A stretch of DNA of 64,000 nt from an uncultured Clostridia bacterium (GTDB lineage: Bacteria; Bacillota; Clostridia; TANB77; CAG-508), in contig CAUWFE010000003.1 in NCBI GenBank assembly GCA_963558185.1, positions 14,135 through 78,134 on the forward strand. The letters run 5' to 3'. Both the position numbers and the translations under genes were made by a program. Below are positions 1 to 9,350 of the stretch, in pieces (position 1 is the first letter of the stretch; each line of letters opens with the position of its first letter). The notes under the pieces were generated by a model. That model did no database searches. It saw nothing but the letters and a program-made list of their open reading frames with translations, and was not told the DNA's origin.

Positions 1-672
1 TTGAATAATAGATGTTGTAATAGTAGCACCATCTGTAATGGCTCCAATTTTAATTGGTTTTCCAGTATCATTTCTAAACTTAAAATCTAATCCACCATAA
101 GAAACAGCGGCATCTTTACCTTCAGGTACATAATAAACATCTTTTCCATGTTCATGTCTTTCTAAAACCGATAAAGAAGGAATTTGCAAAACAGTATTAT
201 ATAAAGTACTGCTTACTTGACAATTTCCACCACCAATTCCAGTAGTTGTTTTATGGTCTACAATAATTTTTGCTTCTTGATATCCTCTTTCAGAGGTTGG
301 ATTTCCAACCGTTTGATTAAAAGAAAATGTTTCACCTGGTTGTATAACAGTTTCATTTAATGTAGAACATGTAAGTTCAATATTTTTTACACGTCCAGCT
401 GAATTATCACCAATAACAGTTTCAAAAATTGCAATTGTAGTTTCAGTAGTAGCACTTTGTTTTATATCGTGCCTGTTTTCTAATAAATTTTCAATTTTAT
501 TATTTTGTTTAGAAGTATCTATATAATTTACCTGTGTAGAAATTTGTGTAGCACCTGGTGGAGCAGTTTGTGTTTGAGCAGGTTTATTAAAAAATTGAAA
601 AATAAAATAGGCAATACCAGAAAATATAATTAAAGCAACTAATATCCAAATTATTTTTGAATGTGATTTCAT
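1..672 (-). CDS. VanW-family protein. N-terminal part only, the C-terminus lies beyond the window start.
   Basis: Reverse-strand ORF starting at ATG (complement of 670-672). It has an N-terminal TM helix followed by VanW hallmark blocks: PGETFSFN, GGGNCQVSSTLYN, ERHEH and YGGLD. Confidence 0.75.
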   Translation of the reverse strand, partial: MKSHSKIIWILVALIIFSGIAYFIFQFFNKPAQTQTAPPGATQISTQVNYIDTSKQNNKIENLLENRHDIKQSATTETTIAIFETVIGDNSAGRVKNIELTCSTLNETVIQPGETFSFNQTVGNPTSERGYQEAKIIVDHKTTTGIGGGNCQVSSTLYNTVLQIPSLSVLERHEHGKDVYYVPEGKDAAVSYGGLDFKFRNDTGKPIKIGAITDGATITTSIIQ

Positions 673-791
673 GTTAACTTCATCCTTTCAACAATATTAT
701 AAACTATAAATAAAATAATATGCTATAAAAAGTTACCATATATTCATAATAATTCCATCATAGGAAAACAAAAGTTAAATATAATAAAAAT

Positions 792-1469
792 ATGAAAAAA
801 CAAAATTTAATATCAATATTATTTCCACAAATGTGTTTAATATGTGGAAAACATTGTAATAGCAATGTATGTAACAAATGCTTTTTAAAATTTCGCAGGC
901 AAAATTTATTCAATTTAACAAAAAATAGTAATCAATATTTTCAAAAACATTTATATCTTTTTAAATATGAAAATGAAATTAGAAATATAATATTAGACTA
1001 TAAATTTCATGAAAAATCCTATTTATCACAATTATTTGTACAAATTATAATAAAAAATGAAAAAATATGTAGATTTTTGAAAAGTTATGATATAATAATT
1101 GAAATTCCAATACATAAAAAAAGAAAATTTGAACGTGGATACGACCAAAGCAAATTAATTGCTAAAAAAATAGCAAAAGAATTATCAATTGAATATGCCA
1201 AAAATGCACTAGTAAAGCAAAAAAATACTATTGCACAAAGCACACTTAATAGAAAAGAAAGATTTGCCAATAGTCAAAATGTATATAAAATACAAAATTC
1301 ACAAAAAATAAATGGAAAAAGAGTAATTTTATTTGATGATATATTCACAACTGGTGCTACAGCAAATAGTTGTTCAAAATTATTACAAGAAAATGGAGCA
1401 AAAGAAATATTAATATTTACTTTAGCAAAAGATATTTTAAAAACAAATAATAAAGATAAAAAAATCTAA
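792..1469 (+). CDS. comFC: ComF family protein (competence protein F, phosphoribosyltransferase-type)
   Basis: N-terminal CxxC...CxxC zinc ribbon. C-terminal PRTase motif VILFDDIFTTGAT. Confidence 0.8.
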   Translation: MKKQNLISILFPQMCLICGKHCNSNVCNKCFLKFRRQNLFNLTKNSNQYFQKHLYLFKYENEIRNIILDYKFHEKSYLSQLFVQIIIKNEKICRFLKSYDIIIEIPIHKKRKFERGYDQSKLIAKKIAKELSIEYAKNALVKQKNTIAQSTLNRKERFANSQNVYKIQNSQKINGKRVILFDDIFTTGATANSCSKLLQENGAKEILIFTLAKDILKTNNKDKKI

Positions 1470-1503
1470 AATTTTAAACATTTTAATGAAAGGATGATAA
1501 AGA

Positions 1504-3480
1504 ATGGAAGATTTAGTAGAGAGCATATTAGACTATATAAGATCAGATTATACAGATTATGCAATAATGATAAATGGTGAATGGGGAAGTGGAAAAACTT
1601 ATTTTTGGAACCATAAAATTCGTAATAAAATAGAATCTATGATGTTAAATGGAAAAAGATATAGAACTATTTATATGTCTTTATATGGTATATCTAACTT
1701 AGAAGAAATTAGCAAAAAAATCTTTATAGAAACAACACAACTAATGGACAAAAATTTAAAAAAATATATGGATATAAGTGGGCAAAATACTATACCAGAA
1801 TATGCAAAAACAGGTTTAGACATGGCAAACTTCTTTGGAGTTACACAAAATGGTGATAGATTAGATTACGGAGAATTCTTTTCCACAGAGGATAAAGTAT
1901 TATGTTTTGATGACTTAGAAAGAGCAAATGTAGATGTTATTGATATTTTAGGATATATAAACAACTTTGTAGAACATGACCACATAAAAACAATTATTAT
2001 TTGTAATGAAAAAGAACTTTCGACTAAACTTAAAAGTAGTAACTTAGAAATGAAAACATTTATAGCAACATATCTTTTAGATAAAGAAGGTGATTTAGTC
2101 AAAAAAACTGATAAACCTATGGTTGAGAGAATACAAGATACAATAGAATATGTATTTGATAAAGCAAATGACTATGAAAGAATAAAAGAAAAATTAATAG
2201 GTGAAACATTTGAATATGCACCAGAATTTAATTATATTATTAGTGGACTTTTAATGAGATATGAAAGATATCCAGATTTAATTCGTTTTTTAAGAGAAAA
2301 TACAGGACTAATTATTTCTACATTTAATAAAAGCGGAACACGTAATTTAAGAATTTTAAAACATGCATTAAATGATTTTAAAAAGATATTTGACATGGTA
2401 AATAAATCATATCCAAATACAAACCATAGAGTAATGCAAACTATGCTAATATTTACTATTGCAATTTCTTTTGAAATAAAAGCTGGTAAAGTTACAAAAG
2501 ATAAATTTATAAATATAAATAGTAATGAAGAATATAAAGCTACATTAGTATCATCAAGAGTATTTATGGATAATAGACAATTTTATATTAAAGAGTTTGA
2601 TAATAACTATTATTATAATTTTAAAGCTGAATATCGTTTCTTTAAATTTATTGAAATATATGTGCGTACACGTATATTTGATATGAAAATATTTAAAGAT
2701 AATATGGAAGTTATAATAAATACTGTAGATACAGATAAATTACCAGGATATAAAAGATTACTTACAGAAGAATATTGGAAAATTACAGATGACCAATTTG
2801 ACGGTGTTATAGAAGAAGTATTAGATGATGTAAAAAATGGCAGATTAAAACCAATAGAAATTGTAAAAATCTTTGCATACTTTTGTTATTTTATAAAAAA
2901 AGAATTAATAAATCATGATATTAAAATGATAAAAAGTGTATTTATGACAGGTTTAAATTTATCATCTTTAACAGCAGAATACTGTGAAAATGTAGAAGAA
3001 GAACTTGACCAAGTATCTGTAGATGTTGCAGGACCTGAAATGGAAGAAATTATAAAATATTTTAGTGAGATAAATAGTAAATTAAAAGATAAAATGTACA
3101 TGGAAAAGGCAGAAGACATATTTAAAAATATTCCTATGAAAATGGAGATATTTTATGATAAATTTGCTAAAGAATGTATGGATATTCCTATTTTTAAATA
3201 TTATGATACATTCCAAATGTTCCAAAGAATTTCATGTGCAAGTAATGAGGATATTGTAACAATAAAAGAAATGTTATCAGAAAGAGCAAGAAAATATAAA
3301 AATCAAATAGAACCAGAAATTCCACAAATGAAGAAATTAAAACAAGTTATGGACGATTATATAGATGGAAAAGAAACTACAATTAAAATAGTAATGTTAC
3401 AAGATTTTTCATCAGAACTTGGAAAAATTATAGACAAATATAGACCAAGATTATTACCAGCAAAAGAAGAAAATTTGTAA
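1504..3480 (+). CDS. KAP-family P-loop NTPase, cytoplasmic variant with no obvious TM inserts
   Basis: N-terminal Walker A motif INGEWGSGKTYF. The KAP-type Walker B motif hhhhDDLER is present as VLCFDDLERANVD. The remaining roughly 450 aa are helical. RBS AAAGGATGA lies upstream. Confidence 0.7.
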   Translation: MEDLVESILDYIRSDYTDYAIMINGEWGSGKTYFWNHKIRNKIESMMLNGKRYRTIYMSLYGISNLEEISKKIFIETTQLMDKNLKKYMDISGQNTIPEYAKTGLDMANFFGVTQNGDRLDYGEFFSTEDKVLCFDDLERANVDVIDILGYINNFVEHDHIKTIIICNEKELSTKLKSSNLEMKTFIATYLLDKEGDLVKKTDKPMVERIQDTIEYVFDKANDYERIKEKLIGETFEYAPEFNYIISGLLMRYERYPDLIRFLRENTGLIISTFNKSGTRNLRILKHALNDFKKIFDMVNKSYPNTNHRVMQTMLIFTIAISFEIKAGKVTKDKFININSNEEYKATLVSSRVFMDNRQFYIKEFDNNYYYNFKAEYRFFKFIEIYVRTRIFDMKIFKDNMEVIINTVDTDKLPGYKRLLTEEYWKITDDQFDGVIEEVLDDVKNGRLKPIEIVKIFAYFCYFIKKELINHDIKMIKSVFMTGLNLSSLTAEYCENVEEELDQVSVDVAGPEMEEIIKYFSEINSKLKDKMYMEKAEDIFKNIPMKMEIFYDKFAKECMDIPIFKYYDTFQMFQRISCASNEDIVTIKEMLSERARKYKNQIEPEIPQMKKLKQVMDDYIDGKETTIKIVMLQDFSSELGKIIDKYRPRLLPAKEENL

Positions 3481-3564
3481 AACTTGGTAACTATATATTT
3501 ACTGCATAAAAATTTCCTTTTTTGACATAATAAGTGTAAACTAAAAATAAAGGAGGGAAATTTT

Positions 3565-4119
3565 TTGAAAGCAACAGGAGTCGTAAGACGTATAGATGAT
3601 TTAGGTAGAATTGTAATTCCAAAAGAAATAAGAAAGGTTCTTCGAATAAAAGAGGGGGATCCATTAGAAGTTTTTACAGATAAAGAAGGGCAAGTAATAT
3701 TAAAAAAATATTCTCCAATAGGGGAACTTTCAGAATTTGCAACAGAATATGCAGAAACATTAGCAAAAACAACAGGACATATTGCATGTATTACAGATAA
3801 AGATACAGTAATTGCTGTATCTGGGGCATCTAAAAGGGAATATTTAGAACAAGCTATAAGCCAAGACCTTGAAAAAATTATGGATTATAAAGAAGCATAT
3901 ATAAGTAAAGAAAATGATAATATTTCAGTGCCTGTAACAAAAAATGATAAAGGTGAGAAGAAAAATAATTCACAAGTAGTATATCCTATAATATCTGATG
4001 GAGATGTAATAGGAAGTGTTATACTAATATCAAAAGATGCAAATACAAAAATGACAGAAGTAGAAAATAAAGTAGTTCAATCAGCAGCAAACTTTTTAGG
4101 AACACAAATGGAGCTATAA
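3565..4119 (+). CDS. spoVT: Stage V sporulation protein T (AbrB-type N-terminal domain plus GAF domain)
   Basis: TTG start 7 nt after AGGAGGG. The N-terminus VVRRIDDLGRIVIPKEIR is an AbrB/SpoVT swapped-hairpin domain. Length of about 180 aa is typical. Confidence 0.85.
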   Translation: MKATGVVRRIDDLGRIVIPKEIRKVLRIKEGDPLEVFTDKEGQVILKKYSPIGELSEFATEYAETLAKTTGHIACITDKDTVIAVSGASKREYLEQAISQDLEKIMDYKEAYISKENDNISVPVTKNDKGEKKNNSQVVYPIISDGDVIGSVILISKDANTKMTEVENKVVQSAANFLGTQMEL

Positions 4120-4243
4120 ATTTTACCAGAATGTTACAGGAATATTACAAATTAAAAACATATAATAAAACTATTGATTTTATTTGAAAAGTATAGTATA
4201 AATATATTGATAAAACTAGACTTACAAAGGAGGAAGTGTGACA

Positions 4244-4483
4244 ATGGAAAAAGTAGATATTAAATTTGCAGGACAAGAAGAAAATGCAGTAGAACAAAAT
4301 GGATTACCATCAAAAGTATCTGGATGGACAAAAGTAAAAAACTTTTTATTTCAAGAAATAAAAGTAGAATTAACACCAAAACAAGAAAAAGTATTCCAAG
4401 AAGTACATGATTTCTGGCATCAAGAAATCACATTTAAATCTTTCAAAGATTTTCTACTTCAAGATATTGAGATTACTTTATAA
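4244..4483 (+). CDS. Small acidic hypothetical protein
   Basis: ORF with AGGAGGA 9 nt upstream of the ATG at 4244. A GTG at 4238 is too close to the SD. It is followed by a perfect terminator. No recognisable domain. Confidence 0.4.
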   Translation: MEKVDIKFAGQEENAVEQNGLPSKVSGWTKVKNFLFQEIKVELTPKQEKVFQEVHDFWHQEITFKSFKDFLLQDIEITL

Positions 4484-4490
4484 TAAGGAA

Positions 4491-4518
4491 GAATACTGCT
4501 AAACAGTATTCTTTTTTT
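4491..4518 (+). terminator. Rho-independent terminator
   Basis: GAATACTG-CTAAA-CAGTATTC hairpin followed by T7. Confidence 0.8.
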
Positions 4519-4613
4519 GGCATTATTTGTTAATGCAAAGTTTTGTTAGCACAATTATAAAGCTAATTCGAATTTAGTATCACCAAATAAAACTATAGAA
4601 AGGAATTGATATT

Positions 4614-5303
4614 ATGGATATATTCAATAGAACAAAATTATTAATAGGAGAAGAAAATTTAAAAAAGTTACATATGTCAAATATATTAGTTTTTGGGGTA
4701 GGTGGAGTAGGTGGATATGTAATAGAAGCATTAGTAAGAGCAGGTATAGAAAATATAACCATTGTGGACAATGATACTATTTCTGAAACTAATATTAACA
4801 GACAAATCATAGCTACTACTGAAAATGTAGGAAAATATAAAGTAGATGAGATGAAAAATAGAATTTTATCAATAAATCCATATACAAAAGTAAAAGCAAT
4901 TAAAGAATTTTATACAGAAGAAAGCAATATTTTAAATGATACATATGATTATGTAATAGATGCCATAGATACAGTAAGTTCTAAAATTGCTATTATAAAA
5001 AAATGTAAAGAATTACAAATTCCAATAATATCATGTATGGGAACAGGAAATAAATTAAATCCCAAAAATTTTAAAATAGCAGATATTAGTAAAACTAAAG
5101 TATGTCCTCTTGCAAAAGTTATAAGAAAAGAATTAAAAAAATTAGGAATCGAGAAAGTAAAAGTATTATATTCAGAAGAAGAACCTATAAAAACATATGA
5201 AAAAGAAGAAAATAGAAAAGTTCCAGCAAGTATTTCTTTTGTACCTTCTGTAGCAGGCTTAATAATTGCATCAGAAGTAGTAAATGATTTAATTACTATT
5301 TAA
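4614..5303 (+). CDS. tcdA: tRNA threonylcarbamoyladenosine dehydratase (ThiF/MoeB-family, TcdA/YgdL-like)
   Basis: Rossmann motif VFGVGGVGGYVIEALVRAGI, the ThiF-family fold, and typical length. Confidence 0.75.
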   Translation: MDIFNRTKLLIGEENLKKLHMSNILVFGVGGVGGYVIEALVRAGIENITIVDNDTISETNINRQIIATTENVGKYKVDEMKNRILSINPYTKVKAIKEFYTEESNILNDTYDYVIDAIDTVSSKIAIIKKCKELQIPIISCMGTGNKLNPKNFKIADISKTKVCPLAKVIRKELKKLGIEKVKVLYSEEEPIKTYEKEENRKVPASISFVPSVAGLIIASEVVNDLITI

Positions 5304-5325
5304 TAGTTTCAAATCTTTTTACAAG

Positions 5326-5511
5326 AAATGCCTTGGAATATAAGCTTTTCATTACATTCCTTAGGTTTATTACGAAATTTAAGAAATTCTAATTTATTTT
5401 ATGGCACCCTTCCACTAAAAGTGAACTCTTTCCATAAAATGGCATAGAATTTCTAAAATTTCTCCATAAACATTTGTCATTTTATTCAAAGCTTATATTC
5501 CAAGGCATTTC
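5326..5511. repeat. Intergenic palindromic repeat element, copy 1. About 186 bp with 23-24 bp terminal inverted repeats (MITE/ERIC-like).
   Basis: The arms AAATGCCTTGGAATATAAGCTTTT and AAAGCTTATATTCCAAGGCATTTC are inverted repeats. The roughly 140-bp core is near-identical, as a reverse complement, to 36591-36776. Confidence 0.8.
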
Positions 5512-5563
5512 ATGTATTAATTTAAAAACAGCAAAAGATATAATATAAAATTAATTAAATATA

Positions 5564-5592
5564 TTGCAAACTAATGTTTAGAGTGATATAAT
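5564..5592 (+). promoter_or_regulatory. Sigma-A type promoter upstream of ruvA
   Basis: TTGCAA at -35, a 17-nt spacer, then an extended -10 TGaTATAAT. Confidence 0.55.
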
Positions 5593-5618
5593 TTCTAAAA
5601 ATGAATAAGGAGAAGCAA

Positions 5619-6221
5619 ATGATAGCATATATAAAAGGTATTTTAGAGGTAAAAACAAGTGGATATATAATAATTGATATAGCAGGAATTGGATACAAAG
5701 TGTTTATGTCTGAATCAGCTATACAAAAACTAGGAGAGTTAGGAGAAACTATAAAAATTCATACATATTTAAGAGTAAGAGAAGATGATATGAGCTTATA
5801 TGGATTTAATACAAATGATGAATTAAGAATGTTTGAATTATTACTTTCTGTTAGTGGAATTGGTGCAAAGGTTGCTATAAATATATTATCTAATATTACA
5901 CCATCTAATTTTATCATAGCCATAATAAGTAATGATATAGCAAAAATAAAAAAATTACCGGGAATTGGACCAAAAACAGCACAAAGGCTTGTATTAGAAC
6001 TAAAAGATAAACTTAAAAATGAAACTGTAGAACAACCAGAAATAAAAGAAGAAATTGAAATAATAGAACAATCAAATGAAAATGTAAAAGAAGCTATTTC
6101 AGCATTACAAGTTTTAGGATATACAAAAGCTGAAATAGATAAATCGTTAGAAAATGTAGATAAACAAGAATTATCTGTAGAAGATTTAATTCGTATAGGA
6201 TTAAAAAATTTAGCAAAATAG
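5619..6221 (+). CDS. ruvA: Holliday junction branch-migration protein RuvA
   Basis: MIAYIKGIL...GIGYKV OB-fold domain and helix-hairpin-helix motifs (VSGIGAKVA, LPGIGPKTAQRL). The start is taken at the ATG after AAGGAGAAG rather than at the upstream in-frame ATG at 5601. Confidence 0.9.
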   Translation: MIAYIKGILEVKTSGYIIIDIAGIGYKVFMSESAIQKLGELGETIKIHTYLRVREDDMSLYGFNTNDELRMFELLLSVSGIGAKVAINILSNITPSNFIIAIISNDIAKIKKLPGIGPKTAQRLVLELKDKLKNETVEQPEIKEEIEIIEQSNENVKEAISALQVLGYTKAEIDKSLENVDKQELSVEDLIRIGLKNLAK

Positions 6222-6234
6222 AAAGAGGAATAAA

Positions 6235-7488
6235 ATGGCAGATTTAAGTAAACCTTTAGCATTTCGTATGAGACCTAAAACATTAGATGATTATGTAGGT
6301 CAAGAGCATATAATTGGAAAAGATAAAATACTATATAGAACTATCAAAGCAGATAGATTATCTAGTATTATTTTATGGGGACCACCAGGTTGCGGAAAAA
6401 CATCTTTAGCAAGAGTAATTAGTAATACTACAAAATATAAATTCATTCAAATAAATGCAGTAACAGCAGGAATTGCAGACATAAAAAACGCAGTAGAGCA
6501 AGCAAGTAATTTACTTATGAACCCATCTGGAAAATGTATTTTATTTATAGATGAAATTCATAGATTTAATAAATTGCAACAAGATGCTTTATTGCCATAC
6601 GTAGAAAATGGAACTGTTATATTGATAGGAGCTACTACAGAAAATCCATATTTTGAAGTAAACAAAGCTTTAATTTCAAGGTCAATGGTAGTAAAATTAG
6701 AAGCCTTAACTGAAGAAAATATTTATCAAGTGTTAAAAAAGTCATTAATATCAGAAGAGGGACTTGCAAATTATAACATAAAAATAGAAGATGAAACATT
6801 AAGAAAAATTGCACAAACTGCCAACGGAGATGTAAGAACAGCCTTAAATGGTTTAGAAGTAGCAGTATTAACTACTAAAATGAATGAGGAAGGAGTAATA
6901 GAAATTACTCCTCAAATTGCAAAAGACAGTGTACAAACAAGAAAGGCAATATTTGATAAAAAAGGAGATAGCCATTATGATAATATAAGTGCATTTATAA
7001 AATCAATGAGAGGTAGTGATCCAGATGCTACATTATTTTACTTAGCTAGAGCAATTCAAGGAGGGGAAGACCCTGTATTTATAGCAAGAAGAATAGTAAT
7101 TGCTGCGGCAGAAGATGTAGGTATGGCAAATCCACAAGCTTTAGTAGTTGCAAATTCTGCTATGCAGGCTGTACATATGGTAGGAATGCCAGAAGGAAGA
7201 ATTATACTAGCAGAAGCTGCAGTATATGTGGCAACATCTCCAAAATCTAATGCATCATATATAGGAATAAATGAAGCATTAGAAGATGTAAATTCAAAAG
7301 ATACAGGAGAAATTCCAATGCATATTCGAAATGCCCCAGTAGAAGGCATGGAAGCACATGGATATCATAATGGATATAAATATCCACACGATTATCCAGG
7401 TCATTATGTACAGCAACAATATTTACCAGATAAAATGCTTGGAACTAAATATTATAGACCAGATGAAATGATTAAAAATGATAAATAA
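6235..7488 (+). CDS. rarA: Replication-associated recombination protein A (RarA/MgsA, AAA+ ATPase)
   Basis: N-terminal LAFRMRPKTLDDYVGQEHIIG. Walker A is WGPPGCGKTSLA and Walker B is ILFIDEIHRFNK. The C-terminal MgsA domain includes YHNGYKYPHDY. Confidence 0.85.
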   Translation: MADLSKPLAFRMRPKTLDDYVGQEHIIGKDKILYRTIKADRLSSIILWGPPGCGKTSLARVISNTTKYKFIQINAVTAGIADIKNAVEQASNLLMNPSGKCILFIDEIHRFNKLQQDALLPYVENGTVILIGATTENPYFEVNKALISRSMVVKLEALTEENIYQVLKKSLISEEGLANYNIKIEDETLRKIAQTANGDVRTALNGLEVAVLTTKMNEEGVIEITPQIAKDSVQTRKAIFDKKGDSHYDNISAFIKSMRGSDPDATLFYLARAIQGGEDPVFIARRIVIAAAEDVGMANPQALVVANSAMQAVHMVGMPEGRIILAEAAVYVATSPKSNASYIGINEALEDVNSKDTGEIPMHIRNAPVEGMEAHGYHNGYKYPHDYPGHYVQQQYLPDKMLGTKYYRPDEMIKNDK

Positions 7489-7500
7489 AAACTCCAAAAG

Positions 7501-7532
7501 AATAGATACAAAAGAGTATCTATTTTTTTGTT
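7501..7532 (+). terminator. Rho-independent terminator after rarA
   Basis: AATAGATAC-aaaaga-GTATCTATT hairpin followed by a T-run. Confidence 0.75.
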
Positions 7533-7613
7533 TTTTATTTTAACGTAAGCTTTATAAAAAATATATGTACAAAAATAAAGCAAAGATAATTTTCATTTAG
7601 CAAGTAAAAATAA

Positions 7614-7688
7614 TGTCGAAAACTTCCTATAATTCGGCAAAACTTTCTAAAATTCGCTATTGGAAAAAATTACCATATGTATTATAAT
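7614..7688 (+). promoter_or_regulatory. spoIIA promoter region with Spo0A-box-like motifs
   Basis: TGTCGAA lies at 7614-7620 and TTCGGCA, the reverse-complement form of a 0A box, at 7633-7639. Downstream is TTGGAA at -35, a 17-nt spacer and TATAAT at 7683-7688. Confidence 0.45.
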
Positions 7689-7723
7689 CATAATATCAAT
7701 AGACAAGCAGAGGGGGTATAAAT

Positions 7724-8047
7724 TTGAATGTATATTTCAAAAATGAAACAAAAACATTAACATTAGAATTGACAGAAGAAATAGATCATCACTCTACAGA
7801 AGAAATAAGGAGGATAGCAGACTATGAAATTGAAAGATATATGCCTAGAAAAGTTGTATTTGATTTTCATAATGTTACTTTTATGGACAGTGCAGGAATA
7901 GGCATGGTACTAGGTCGTTATAGAATGATAAAAATGTTGGGTGGTACTTTGGAAATTTCACAAGCAAATACTAATGTAAAAAAAATATTAGAAATGTCAG
8001 GAGTACTGAAAATTTGCCCAATGAAAGAATGTAGCAAAACAATTTAA
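7724..8047 (+). CDS. spoIIAA: Anti-sigma F factor antagonist SpoIIAA (STAS domain)
   Basis: STAS-domain protein of 107 aa with a TTG start after a GGGGG RBS. It is first in the spoIIAA-spoIIAB-sigF triad. Confidence 0.85.
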   Translation: MNVYFKNETKTLTLELTEEIDHHSTEEIRRIADYEIERYMPRKVVFDFHNVTFMDSAGIGMVLGRYRMIKMLGGTLEISQANTNVKKILEMSGVLKICPMKECSKTI

Positions 8048-8063
8048 AATATAGGAGGAAAAA

Positions 8064-8549
8064 ATGAAAGGATTATATGATAATGAAATGAAATTAGAAT
8101 TTGCCTGTAAATCTGCCAATGAAGCATTTGCAAGAATTAGTGTAGCAGCATTTGCATCTCAATTAGATCCTACCATAGAAGAATTAGCAGATATAAAAAC
8201 AGCAGTATCTGAGGCTGTTACTAATTGTATTATTCATGCTTATGAAGGAATAGAAGAGGGAAAAGTAAAAGTAGAAGCACAATTAAAAGAAAATACTATA
8301 TTAATACAAATTTCAGATACAGGTAAGGGAATTGAAAATATTGAAATTGCTAAAAAACCACTATACACTTCAAAACCAAACTTAGAAAGGTCAGGAATGG
8401 GCTTTACAATTATGGAAAGTTTTATGGATGAAGTAGAAGTAGAATCAATATTAAATTTAGGTACAAAAATAACAATGAAAAAAACTATAAAAAAAGAAAG
8501 TAAATTAGAGGAAGTAAAAGAAAATGAAATGATAGAAAATAAAGAATAA
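8064..8549 (+). CDS. spoIIAB: Anti-sigma F factor SpoIIAB (GHKL serine kinase)
   Basis: GHKL ATPase motifs ([25 protein letters not shown]). It lies between spoIIAA and sigF. Confidence 0.9.
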   Translation: MKGLYDNEMKLEFACKSANEAFARISVAAFASQLDPTIEELADIKTAVSEAVTNCIIHAYEGIEEGKVKVEAQLKENTILIQISDTGKGIENIEIAKKPLYTSKPNLERSGMGFTIMESFMDEVEVESILNLGTKITMKKTIKKESKLEEVKENEMIENKE

Positions 8550-8571
8550 TAATTCAAAAGAGGAGAGTTTT

Positions 8572-9297
8572 ATGTCATATGAGCAAAATATAGGCAATAT
8601 AGAAAAAGCACAAAAAGGGGATTCTCAAGCACTTACAACTCTAATAGAAGAAAATAATGGTCTTATTTGGAGTATTGTAAGAAGATTTAAAGATAGAGGC
8701 TATGAAATAGAGGATTTATATCAAATAGGGTGTATAGGATTTATCAAATCTATAAAAAGGTTTGATACTTCTTATGATGTAAAATTATCAACATACTCAG
8801 TACCATATATTTTAGGTGAAATTAAAAGATTTATTAGAGATGATGGAAGTATAAAAGTAAGTAGAAGTTTAAGAGATTTAGCTAGAAAAATTAAAGATTT
8901 GCAAGCAAGATATTTAGCAGAAAATGGACGAGAAATTACAATAAGCAAAATAGCTGAAGAATTAAAAATATCAAAAGAAGAAGTAGCTGTTGCATTAGAA
9001 GCAGTAAGCCCAGTGATTTCTATATATGAAAGTTCATATAGTGATGAAGAAGGAGAGCTAGATTTAGCAAGTAAACTTTCAACTGGAGTAGACGAAACAG
9101 AAAAATTAACTAATCATATGTCAATTCAAAAAATTCTGCAAGAATTAAAAGATAGAGATAGAGAAATTATATTACTAAGATATTATAGAAATAAAACACA
9201 AATGGAAGTATCAAGAATTTTGGGTATTAGTCAAGTTCAAGTTTCTAGAATTGAAAAGAAAATTTTAAAAGAAATGAAATTTAAGCTTGCAATGTAA
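8572..9297 (+). CDS. sigF: RNA polymerase sporulation sigma factor SigF
   Basis: Sigma-70 region 2 (YQIGCIGFIKSIKRFD) and region 4 HTH (TQMEVSRILGISQVQVSRIEKK). It is the third gene of the spoIIA operon. Confidence 0.9.
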   Translation: MSYEQNIGNIEKAQKGDSQALTTLIEENNGLIWSIVRRFKDRGYEIEDLYQIGCIGFIKSIKRFDTSYDVKLSTYSVPYILGEIKRFIRDDGSIKVSRSLRDLARKIKDLQARYLAENGREITISKIAEELKISKEEVAVALEAVSPVISIYESSYSDEEGELDLASKLSTGVDETEKLTNHMSIQKILQELKDRDREIILLRYYRNKTQMEVSRILGISQVQVSRIEKKILKEMKFKLAM

Positions 9298-9350
9298 GAA
9301 AAATAAAAAATTAAAATATATTTGTGATTTGAGAAAGGAATTAGTTAAAT

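Noticed and set aside
1085-1270. Dozens of short antisense or alternate-frame ORFs in the six-frame track. Examples are 1085-1270(-), 5759-6262(-), 7056-7349(-), 8240-8557(-), 25614-25895(-), 52171-52449(-) and 53527-54132(-).
   Set aside because: They lie entirely inside well-supported genes on the opposite strand or in another frame. They have low-complexity, Ile/Leu/Phe-rich translations typical of AT-rich antisense reading, and no RBS.
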